From Chrysomallon squamiferum (taxonomy: Eukaryota > Animalia > Mollusca), in assembly GCA_012295275.1 (NCBI GenBank), contig CM022670.1, positions 3,782,001-3,846,000 of the forward strand: a DNA stretch of 64,000 bases, read 5' to 3'. Of the stretch, positions 46,298 to 62,598 are shown in pieces. The position numbers were made by a program, and so were the translations under genes. The notes under the pieces were generated by a model. The model was not told the DNA's origin. It ran no database searches and saw only the letters and a list, made by a program, of their open reading frames with translations. Within the stretch, counting starts at the first letter, position 1. Each line of letters opens with the position of its first letter.

Positions 46298-47053
46298 TCA
46301 TGGTTAATTTAATATAAGTTATATTTCTGATTTTAGAAAGACATTTTTTAGAGTTGCCTTTCATTTAGAGTTAATGATATTGAGGATAAATGTTTAAATT
46401 TCGAAAAGTAATTGTTGTTTATTTTGAAACTTTGGAATTATATGAAGTTATTTTTAAAGGCTTTTATTTTATTCCAAAATAAATCAGAAAAATTAACAAA
46501 ATTTAATTTTTCAAACTTTCTTTCTTGTTATTATTTTTGTTTATTTTTTGAAGAGACGGGAAGATTGTATAAATGTTGGGGTTTTTTATGTTGTTTTTTT
46601 CACTTTTGTCTAATCTAAAGATTAAGCTCAAATATGTTTAAAATCCAAATCAGATTAGTAGAAATAAAATATTGTTACTTAAGTTGGAATAAATATACTT
46701 AATAATTATTCTGCTTAACTTGGCTAGTTAGTTCCAGTGTCTTTATTATTTTTTTTTTTTTTTTTTAATTATGATGAGAAAAAATAAAATCATTAGTATG
46801 GGATGAAGGAACAAAAATGTTCCATGATAAAATAATTTAAAGTAGTTTTACTGATAGCCATGTGTGTGTGTATTATTGTAAAACTCTATGCACTGACTGG
46901 ATTAAATAATCCTCAAATATTCTTTTGAAATATGCATGTCAAGAAATTGAAACAGCATAGGAAAAAAAAAAATAATAATAATTTACTTGGCTGATAACTA
47001 TAAAGTGATGCTGGCCTAGCTAGCAACTAAAGAAATGGGTAAAAAGTTTACTA

Positions 47054-47098
<45 letters not shown>

Positions 47099-48388
47099 TT
47101 CTTGAATTGCTAGACTGGCATGGTTCAAATTACATAAGCCAGTAGAATTAATAACTTTTGTCAAACCTATTTACTGCAATGATTTACAAATTCCAAGTAA
47201 TTCACGGATCATATTTGTCAATTCTGCTGGCTGGATCATCTGTTTCAAATGATGAGGACATTTTTTTTTTTGGTTACTTTTCTTATATTTTAGTATTTAT
47301 TTTTTTTTTAAAAAAAAAAAATTTTAATTTTTTATAATTAATAGAAATAAATAGATATTTTTTATTATCCTTTTTTTTTTTAAATTACCAAAAGTAACTG
47401 GTAGACGTTAACAGTAATTGAATGTTTGAGAAATACTTTAACCTGTATTTTTTAAAACAATTTATATTGCATTAATATAAATATATACATTAATTTTCTT
47501 CATTACATAACATTCAGTTTTTATTTTTCAGAAACGACAAAAAAATATTTTAAATCAGTTTTTTCTTTTCATGAAAATTCTAGTAATTTACTAAATCAGT
47601 CAGATTGCTTTAAATCAACACTAAATAAAACTGAGAAAAATGTGAGTAAGCCAAGCATTCAGTATAATTTCTTCTCTTTTAAGATGCTTACATCCTTAAC
47701 AAAAATTCTTCAAAGTCTGCCATCAAGTTGTGAGGCATGATTCAAATGAGAATGTGATATGTGTGGCATGTCTCAATTGAATCAGTGAATTTTAAAACAA
47801 TTAAAAATTAATAAATGTTATTAAAATTGAAGGTAAATTAATGTTTGCACATTTACTAATATTGATTGATCTTAATCATATGTTTTATTACTTTTTGTAT
47901 TTACTTACTCAATACTGAATTTCAGTTTAATCTGTTCTTGTTGCAGTTTCTTTCACAAGTTGTTATTTGGATACAGTTTAAAAATAAAATGTTGAAATTC
48001 TATTAATTCTTGACTTTTAAAAAAAACATTTCAAGAATTAAATATATAAACACACACACACACACACACACATATATACATAAGTATATATATTTAATCA
48101 AAGAACATTGTAGTTAAAATTTGTATGTATGTATGTATGCTTATTGTTTCATGTAAACATTTATTAACATTCAAGTTTTGAAAATGTCAGACTAGCACAA
48201 ACTTATTAAATTAAGGTGGGAAATGAAAGGTTGTTTGTGATTAAAATATTAAATGGGTGATAAAGCAAAAGTCATAGTAAGTCCTTAGACATGTATTCTA
48301 AAAAAAAACATTAAACGACAAATATCAAGTTATTATTACTGTCATTTACTGCACACATAATAACATATGCACATATGTACATATGTAT

Positions 48389-48434
<46 letters not shown>

Positions 48435-50620
48435 ATATTTGTATATATATGTATGTATATATATATGTGTATATATATATATATATAAAGGATTACATTA
48501 TTCTTATATGTACAGAGTGTTTTAACAATAAGACAGTTCAGCCTGACTCAATGTTTATAAAAATGTCTACAAATTTACTTGTTAGTGTCACCTGCAATGT
48601 TCACAAAGTGCCATTTCATTATGCGGTTTATTTTCTGTTAGCAATTAGTCCAAATAGTTTTTATTTTACTCCAGGGCCAAATTCCTAAATTCAAAGCATT
48701 ATTATTGCCAATTTGATGACTTGTTCCAAAAATAACTGTATACAGAGATTCAATTTAAATGTGTTGCCAAAAAGTCTTCAAAAATATATATTCAACATTG
48801 TTAATGAAATGATTTAACACATGCAAGACTAAATCCATTTCACTGTATGCAACACATAATGAAGAGTACACAATCTTCTTTTCATTTCACTTTGTTTATC
48901 TTTATTAAATCTAAACCAGTGTCCAAAAATTGTAGTATGTAGAAAACCTTGCCTAGTCTTCCTAATGTTAAGCAGACCAGTCTGTCATACCAGGTAATAT
49001 TATAAAATGTTTACTACAATTTTATAAATGATAACACATTTTATAATGTATATATAATTTTATTGTTCAGATATGGTTAAATGTACATAGGTAGGGTTGA
49101 AAATACAAAACAAAAAACAGTGTCATCTGTTTGATCTGGGCAAAAACAAAGCTGAACCACACCTTAACACATTTAAATATTAGTAACTAAATTTCAGTCA
49201 TTTCTTCTGTAATGCTGTCTTAACTCCTTGGACTAGAACATCAATTAACAGCAACATGTACTGTATTTGCACCTCCCCACATACAGGAAAACACACGGAG
49301 CATCAGTTGGAATGGGCAAACGGCTTCATTTGCCTTTTCTAAAACAGTTGACTCTCTCTTGCATAGAAGACAACTCTACCAAAACTGCTGAGATGTCTAA
49401 TACTATCTAAAGAGTGAATACAGCAATATAATACCGAGAGAAATGTCATCATTAGACAAATGCAGGCCCAAAGCTATTTTGATACCAATTACAAATAACA
49501 GTAATTATTAATATCATTTGTTTATACTTTAATTTTTTCACTGTAATACATTTGACTAGGTTTGTGCATGGGTATGCTGAATTAATAGCTGTAAAATATA
49601 TTTACATGTAAATTTCATCCATATTTATCACATAGAAAAATACTAATAAATTTTCACATTGTTTCATTTGGAAAGATCATTCATACAGATTTTTGTAATA
49701 CCAGATTTAAACATTTTTTATTTACAAACATTAGAAATATGCTAATATCATACCAGTGTTTTAGGAAGCATAAATATAAATCAAACCATATTTGGCTGGC
49801 AGGACAGGATAACCAGTCGTATGTCACGCAGTGTAATTTTTAGTTGCAGTCTAATGTATCAAAATAGTTTCTAAAACATCTCGACTTTCATGTCTATGCA
49901 TGTTTTTTTCTGAACTCTTTTAATAAAACATTATTTGTGTTTTTGTATGACCTGTCAAAATTTTAATTTAACAAAATTATGTCACAACTACTCATTTTGC
50001 CAAGATCCATCTAAAATAAGTAGAAAAAAAATATTTTCTGTCTCTCACATTTAGGCAAAGTCATTATTTTTTCATACAGCAAATCAGACTTTTTAATTTA
50101 TTATTTTCACTTTTTTTAATAAATGATTCCTAATAAATCATAATTTATGAAATGTCAAATAAAAATGGTATAATTAAAAAATAATCAATACAAAAAAAAA
50201 AAAAAAAATTTTATGTCTTTACACCAAAAGCCTGATTCAAATTACATTAGTTAGAAAATTTTGGTGGCCTTGTTTAAAAATAAATAAATAAATAAAAATT
50301 ATATCAAATTTTCTTATTAAATTTGTTATCCATATTGATGGAATTTATACTTTGTTTATACCAAAATTTAGATGAAATTAAAATTTTTTTTTTTTCAAAT
50401 TAGAGGAATTGCACATTGTTTTTCATGATTCAAACTGATGTATCTCCCCATACTGCATCCATCATCTGTGATTTTCTAAACTAAACATACATTTCCTCAT
50501 TATTTTATAATTTACTAAATTATTTTTCACACATTCTGGAAAATTAAAAAAATAAATATATAATAAAATTAAAAAAATCAGCAATTAACATCCTAATTTT
50601 ACAGAGTTTATTTAATTCAT

Positions 50621-54602
<3,982 letters not shown>

Positions 54603-54931
54603 TTCGATTTTCTCAATTTACGACGACACTCTGCAGTTAAACCCTGACATGCCACATATGCCAATGACCCGGAAGTAGAAACTCTCTTATCAGCATTTTT
54701 TTTTTTAAACTAAGGTATAAAAATGTATTATAGTTAATGTGTCTGTATCCATAAACAATAATTTTCATAATTAAATATTGTCGATCAAATTACTATTTAT
54801 GAAAATTATGTTTGTTGAAAGACAAAAAAATTAGTTTGGTGCGGAGGTATTCCGCAACTACTTCCTTCCTGTGTCAACGAACATGTGAAAGTCGATTCGA
54901 TTGCACCAGCCAGAATAAATTGTCAGAAAGA
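54603..54931. promoter_or_regulatory. Bidirectional promoter shared by LRRC59 and PAM16
   Basis: The divergent ATGs are only 329 bp apart. ETS/GABP motif CCGGAAGT at 54669-54676, CCAAT at 54661, CTTCCTTCCTG at 54861-54871, and CpG is locally restored. Confidence 0.8.
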
Positions 54932-55338
54932 ATGGTACGTGACTTCTGCTAACAAACATAGCAAAACAAATTTTCATATGCTTCACTTTCTATTTGAATT
55001 TAAGAAATCTTTTGAGCATAAAATTATTTGAAATTAAATTATCATTAAAGGAAAACGTTTTAATAATATGAGTTCACCACAGGCCGTAAGTAACTTAGTA
55101 AAGTTTATCATTTAACTATGAAATTGTTATTTAATAATTTATTAAACATTCACTGTCGCTTTATATTTTACTTATATCTGTACTGCTTTGACTGTGGTCT
55201 GAAGAATATTTATGTTTTAAAATTATTCAAAAATAGGGGTTTATCCAAAGTCCAAAATTGGTCAGTTTCAAACATTCCTTTTATATTATAATTAGCAAAA
55301 CAAAATGAAAATCATTTCATTACAAGAATAATCCTGTG

Positions 55339-55419
<81 letters not shown>

Positions 55420-57105
55420 TGAAAGATTAAGAAATTGCTATGACATTATCTTTTAATTAAACATTTTTTTATTTTTTTATTTTAAATCCACGTCTTTTGA
55501 CAGCCAATCACATTACCTCTTACAAGATAATATTAGAGAGAGAAAAAGGGTAGATGTCTTATATCTATTCTGGTTAAAAGCTCTTAAGCTTTTTTCAGTT
55601 CTAGCCACGAAAAATTGCAGCATATATAAAGGCACTTTTCTGCTTTGAGATAAGAATAGGCCACAGAGTGGGGACATCAGATTTTTTTTTCATTTTATTA
55701 AATAAATCGGATAATTATAATTAAGATTTGTAATATGTTTATGTAATCATTTTATTTCTTTATTATCATTATATTTATTATCATCATCATTATATATCAT
55801 TTATTCATCAGCAGCAGCAGCATTATTATTATTATTATTACTGTTATTACAGGCTAAATATCTGGCACAGATAATAATTACAGGAGGACAGGTGGTGGTG
55901 AGGGCATTTGCTCGTGCCCTGCGACAGGAGTTTGCTGCGAGCCAGCAGGCTGCTGAGAGGGCTGGTGGTGGGCGACAGGGTGCACGTCGTGCTGCTGCTG
56001 ACACCGTGTCTGGGATGTCACTACAGGTAACCACAATGTTAGAAATTAATAACTAAATACACCCAAGTTTTAATATGTAAATAATTCAAAACATGGTTAC
56101 GTGTTTCTAGTTTTGAAATATTTTATTGCAACGTAATTAAGATAAACTGAATATCTGCATTTATGTATATGTATATGTATATATGTATTTGTATATGTGT
56201 ATATGTATATATGTATATGTATATGTATAATATATGTATGTGTATAATATATATATATAATTATAAAATATGGTATATGTATATTATATGTATTTTATAT
56301 GTATGTGTATGTGTATGTGTATGTATATGTATATATGTATGTATATATATAAAATAAGCTTTTATATAATAAAAACATTTTCTACTTAAAAACTGACATC
56401 AATAAAGTACTTGCTGTAGTATAATAACAAGGATGGCTGGTGAAGGCTGATGCCTTGTACCAGGTAACATGAAAGTGTACATGTGTGTATCTTGTTTGTA
56501 ATGCTAGAGATGCATTTTAAATATAATTTATGTATGTGGATGTACACACATACATGACATGTTTCGTTTCAGTGTTTATTTTCAAAAGCCATTGAAATAT
56601 AATAACAAATCTAAAAGGCTCTTTTTAATTTTTATTTTCAGGAGGCCAAACAGATTTTAAATGTCTCTGACATAAAAGACAAAGAATCAGTTTTGAAAAA
56701 TTATGAACATTTGTTTTCGGTGAATGAAAAGTCAAAAGGTGGATCATTCTATTTACAATCAAAGGTAAGAGAAACCATTTAATTTCTCATTTTAATATAT
56801 TTCTGTTTAATTTATTTTGTATGAATGATTATATAATATGATTAATTATAATGTATTTTTTAAAGAATATTTATTACTGTTGCTTTTTCAATTGTATAAT
56901 ACACTGAATTACATTTTTATCAGCTTATCAGGGAAGTGCATACACAACAATCAAACAGGAACACAGCTCTAGATAATTCAAAACTGTGATAAAAATTAAG
57001 GGTAATAAAATATATTAAAAACATTGCGTTTTTAGAAAAATTATTTCAATTAATATTGTATTTTACTAAACTTGTCTGTTTTAAAACAACATGAAGGTTT
57101 TCTTT

Positions 57106-57136
<31 letters not shown>

Positions 57137-57366
57137 CAATAATATAGTTAAATGCAGAAAATATAATATTTTCAAAAATTTTAATAGTTCAACAGAAAGA
57201 ATTGTGATATTGTTCTTAATGACTTGTTATGCTTTTCTTTATCTTTGTTTTCAAATTCATTTTCTATTCCTCCCTTCATCTTTTTTTCCAGGTTGTTCGA
57301 GCTAAAGAAAGGTTTGACATGGAGTTTGAAAATGCTGAGAAAAAGGCTTCTAAAGAGAAAACATGA
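54932..57366 (+). CDS. PAM16: Mitochondrial import motor J-like subunit PAM16/TIM16 (Magmas), 124 aa
   Basis: Exons 54932-54934 (ATG|GTACGT), 55853-56026, 56642-56764, 57292-57366. Translation: [31 protein letters not shown]...[13 protein letters not shown]...[31 protein letters not shown]. Confidence 0.96.
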
Positions 57367-59122
57367 TGAAGAGAATGTGTAGACACTAAAAGACTTCACT
57401 TTATTTTGTGTGTGTCAGCATCACTGTTACGTAGCTCTTGTAAAATGTCCTCTGTGACATAGAAACGTGGTAAATTAAAACATTTAGCATGGAACTCACA
57501 CACTGTGACAGCTCTACAGTATTTTGTGAAGAAAAGGAAAATGTTAATTTGTGATGCTTCAAGCCACCACTTAAGAGACCAAAAAAACATTTTTTTTTTT
57601 TTTTTTTTGTTAGAAGTTAATAAATATCTGAAAGTTTCTTCTATTCTGGACTGTTAAAGGTTTATGGTAATATATTTTTAAAAACTTGGGTAACTCATCC
57701 ATTTTTTTTTCTTTCTTGAATTTTTTTTTTCCATTTACAGAGTTATTCCAAAATACCTTCCCCCACCCCAAGAAGCTGACAGTATGAAAGTTGGACCCAC
57801 ACATAAACGCATTTTTTAAAATTGAGATTCTATAAATGAAAAGATATGTCAACCACCACAAAACATATTTATTGTTATACATTATTATTAGCAAAGCTTT
57901 GGTGCCACAGAAAAGTAAAACATTAACATTAAAATATATGTGTATTTGGGTTATTTGTATATATACAGAATAACTTTAAATGAAAATATTTGATATAAGA
58001 TTATTATTGTATATAATCAGTCTGTGAATTACTATAGAATTATGGAAAAAGAATGATTAAAAGATCATTTTTATACTAATTCTTTGTTATTTCAATATTT
58101 TTTTCAATGATAATGATCCATTTATAGGAATAAAAATTGTTGATTTTTAAAAATATTTATTGGTAAGTTATAGTTTAAAGAAGAAAAATTAGTCTGTTGG
58201 CAGAATCTTACTAATTTTTATATATATATATATATATAAATATAGATTAAAAGAATATTGATAAAGTATGCATAATAAATATCCTTAAATGAAATATGAA
58301 CCTTTGTGTGTGTATTAAATTTGTAAAAACTTCATTCTTAGATTAAAATAATCAAATTTTTATTATTATTGTATTTTATATTTTTCAGTATTTTTTTTTT
58401 TTTTTTTTTTTAAATCCAATCTTGAAAAGTGTTTATAATATACTAAGATCAGTCATGGAAATAACTATTTTCCCTCGATTCACAATATTCATTTTGACAT
58501 AAAATGTGCATGTGTCTATGAGAGAGAGAAATGATATGAATGGAGGTGGATTAATGGTAATATTTATCTTTCTTACCCCCAATGTATTATTATTACATCA
58601 TATTTTATAATTAACAAAGATTGGCGGATTAAGGTAAGAAATTTTACTCGTATATATATATATTTATTTCTCTGGGTCTTCTGGTTAAAGTTAACCATAC
58701 TAATAAATTACTTTTCTTTATAAAGATCATATTTGTATTATCAGATCAACAGAATTAATGCCAAAATAAAAAAGTACTCTCTGACTTTGGTCAGTAAGGA
58801 AAAAAGACAAAGACACATAATGTTTGACATATTTAGGTTTAATACCAAAGAAGAATTAAACCTCAAAGTACAAGATTCAGTTTTAAAACATCTGCCAAAT
58901 TTTCACAAAAATTTACATCATAGCCATTTTTTTATATTAATATTTTTATCAACTGAAAACTAGTATTTTAAAAAAGATTAACACAAATTTTTTTTTTATA
59001 AACAAACTAATAAAATCATTACAAGGCACATTCTGTTATATAAAACTACTGGGCTGCCAAAATACCAAATAATGTTTTTTAGAGTGTTAAGATATTAGAG
59101 CTGTAAGAAAAAACTCTTTTTA

Positions 59123-59165
<43 letters not shown>

Positions 59166-60223
59166 GTAATAATAATGATAATGATAATAATTTTAATAAT
59201 AATTAAAAATTAAAACTAATTTCTTAACAACTGAAACCAAAATACTGCAACAAGCAAAGTTTTTGTTTAATTTTTCATTTTGAAAAGAGAATACTAGCAC
59301 TCTGCAAAACTGAAACTGATAGAGAGTATAAACACAAGTCAGTTCAGTTAACAACAGCTCCTGAACACACAAAGTGAAATACTGTTAGCAACATCCATCT
59401 TGTGTGACGTTTAAAACTTTGTTATTAGTAAAGATTGGTGTCACAGTTACAAACACTTGGATGTTTACAAAATATATTAAAGCTGTTTGTTGAAATCACC
59501 ACAGGTACACACATTTCAGCTGAAATTGTCAAAACATAACAAACAGAACAAATATTCAGAAATTAGAAATAAAAAGCTTCTGAATCAATAAATAATTTGT
59601 TTCATCAAAATAATTTATGACATATATACTATATTTATTTTGTTAATTTATATTCAGCAAGTTCATTAATATTCATTCGGTACAATAATTTACGTTCAAA
59701 CATTTCTTTTATCCGTTTCAAGACATACATAATGTTACAGTAAAAGAACTACATTGACATTGCATTCCAAGCAAAGCTATACTAATCAGGCTTTTTTGGA
59801 AGAGTTATACAAAGGGAAATAACTCACTGTACTAATATGCACATCATGAAATACATTTGCAAAAGCTAAAGAGATCTGGTGAATTATTAATTAACAAAAA
59901 TGTTACAAAACATTATTTTTTTTTTTTTAATAATGTACTTTTGCATAGGGAAACAAAAAACAAAAAAAAATATCTAGAAGAAAAATTAAAAATATAAACT
60001 GAAACTTCCTTCAGCACATCAGAAAATTAAATTTTTTGATGGTAACAAATACAGACAAATAATAAATAAATAAATAAGTAATAGCAACAAGAATAAATAA
60101 CAATAATAACAAACTTATTCACAACTGCCTGCAGTAACAGAACAAAATAACAAAAATATTGACACTGTTAATAAAATCACAAAACATAGATCACAAAATT
60201 GCATGTCAATATTTATATTTAAC

Positions 60224-60649
60224 AATACTCTTGCCCCTTGATTTCATGGATCTCAGTTTTCCACATATCAGGAAGTCTTGAAAAAAATCACAAAATTTGA
60301 ACGTACCACCATTTCCCATTTCAAATTTTATCTCAGTATTCTGATTCCCCACTACAATGTCATGACAACCCTCTCTCACCCACTTTCCATCACGGTGAGA
60401 GTAAATTTTACAATTGCAACCATCCTAACCTAAGTAACTTCACCCAGCCTAGACTGTATCTTACATATAGTGTATGACATCAGTTTACACACAGTTTATG
60501 TGTGTGTAATTATTCTTGTATTATTATGTTACTTATTATTCAGCTGTCAAACGTAATACAGTTTAATGTTTCAGTAGATTTTAGGTTTAATGTTTACGTC
60601 TGTGATATCCCAAACTATTAGTCCATGAAAATCAAGAGTCAACAGTATT
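60224..60649. mobile_element. MITE-like element with ~28-bp imperfect terminal inverted repeats
   Basis: The left arm AATACTCTTGCCCCTTGATTTCATGGA (60224-60250) matches the reverse complement of the right arm, AATACTGTTGACTCTTGATTTTCATGGA (60622-60649). No ORF inside. Confidence 0.6.
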
Positions 60650-61014
60650 TGTATTTTACAAAATATTTTAATCCACAATAACACAGAGCCATAACAACCA
60701 CTATCACTGAATCTGAGTCCCACTCATGCTGGAACAAAAAAAAAAAAAAAAATAGAAAAGGTCTAAAGCTTAAATTAACAATTACAATTGATCCAGATTA
60801 TCCCATAAAAATGTTGTTAGCCCTTAGTAATCTTTTCCTCCTTAATGTTGATCATTTTATTTTTGCCATTAAACCAGTTTTAGCTGATAATAAAAAATGA
60901 TAAAAAATAAAAAGTTTATGAGAATACATGGAAGTTTACATTTTAACTTTTATCCAGAAGTAATTCTGAAAATAGAAAAATAAATTAATGATTATGTTGA
61001 TGATGATGATGATG

Positions 61015-61048
<34 letters not shown>

Positions 61049-62598
61049 TAACAATAATAATATAAAAATCAAACTGTATTTTATGGAGACATCTAAATAA
61101 AATTTCTTTTTGTCATGTTACAAAAAAAAATAAATAAAATAAAACAAAACAAAATAAAATAAAATAGATAACTTAACACAAACAAAACCATTACTAGCAA
61201 CATCTACAAGAAAAACCTGAAAGGAATGTTATCAAGTTTCTGAAGTGTTCAATAACAAATTTAACAAGATGACACAAACAAGTATACTACACCACACACA
61301 CATGCTATAGAATTAACACCCACCCACTTCCAGGGTGGGTAGAAAAATTGGCAGGACTGACACACAAGACAAGGGGTGGGACCAACTTAAAAAAAATATA
61401 CATCTCTGACTGAAACACATGTTGATTAGTTTTACAAAATGGCTAGGTGTTGAAACCTCATCTTCTGTGCTTGCTTGTGGAACTTTGTTTGTCAGCAGGC
61501 ACTAGACTGTGTGGTCAGTCACAATTTCATTAAAACATTACACAAAATGGTCTGGTTTAAAAATTTTGGATTTTACTCTCCACCTAGTGTTGTCAAAAAT
61601 TTTATTCCTCATATCTTTGATATAATTTGATTTGATTAATTTTTTTTATATTACACACTCGTACACATATATACATTTTTAAATGTGATACAATGATTTG
61701 TTAGATATATTTATGTAACAGAGACCTTTACAGTGAAAACTGCTGAAAAAAAAAAAAAATGTTGAAACCTTCTGTCCTTCTTCTTGAAGTAAAATGACTA
61801 TGTTTTCATATCTTTGTATGAAATTATTTACATTTGTTCTGAAAAAAACAACACACAAAAATACAGCATGCACAGACACACACACACACACACAGAAAGT
61901 TTTATACAAATATATAGTTATATCTTTGCTATAACAAAATGTTTGATATAAAATCAACTGATACTATAAATCTTTGTAAAATATGTCTTTTTTAATATCT
62001 CTGCTAATTTAATCTTTGATTTTCAAATTTGATGATGGGAGTAACCCCACAGATTGGCAGCACTTATCCAAACACTGTCTTTTCAAACCACACCAAAACC
62101 TTTTATCTTTAGCACAACTGTTTTATTTTTTTTCTGGGATCTTCATCCTCAATTTTATTTTATTTTTCTTTGGTTAAACTTTATCTGCCACAGACATTAC
62201 CAATAAATGTAAACCAGAAACATAAGCCTTTTGAGCATCACTTCAGAAGGCACAGGGTTGGAATGGGAAAATAGGCTGAACATCCTTTGTCTGAAATTTA
62301 GAAATTAAATTTTTGAGTAACTGAGTGATAGTTATATTTCATTTTTGTTTTTTGAAAATTTCATAGAAACCGTTTAATGATCAAAATAAATAAAAATTAT
62401 TTAATAAATCTGTCTTCTGGCTATTGGTATAAGCTGTGTATGAAAGAAAATTTGATGTCATATTAAGTCTTCCATCAGCAACTTCCTTATAAAACAGACT
62501 ATTTTGTTGTCAAAATCTGAATTATTCTGGCATGAAGATATTATAATTTTTTATTTTTAAATTTTTTGTATAAGAGCTGCTCAACCCATGTTTGGAGA

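Noticed and set aside
46690-47240. Scattered GCTAG/CTGGC-rich fragments suggestive of a decayed DNA transposon downstream of NFXL1
   Set aside because: No clear terminal repeats or target-site duplication could be delimited by eye.
55889-55905. PAM16 QVVVRAF versus the usual QVVGRAF
   Set aside because: A single substitution. It cannot be told from ordinary divergence without an alignment.
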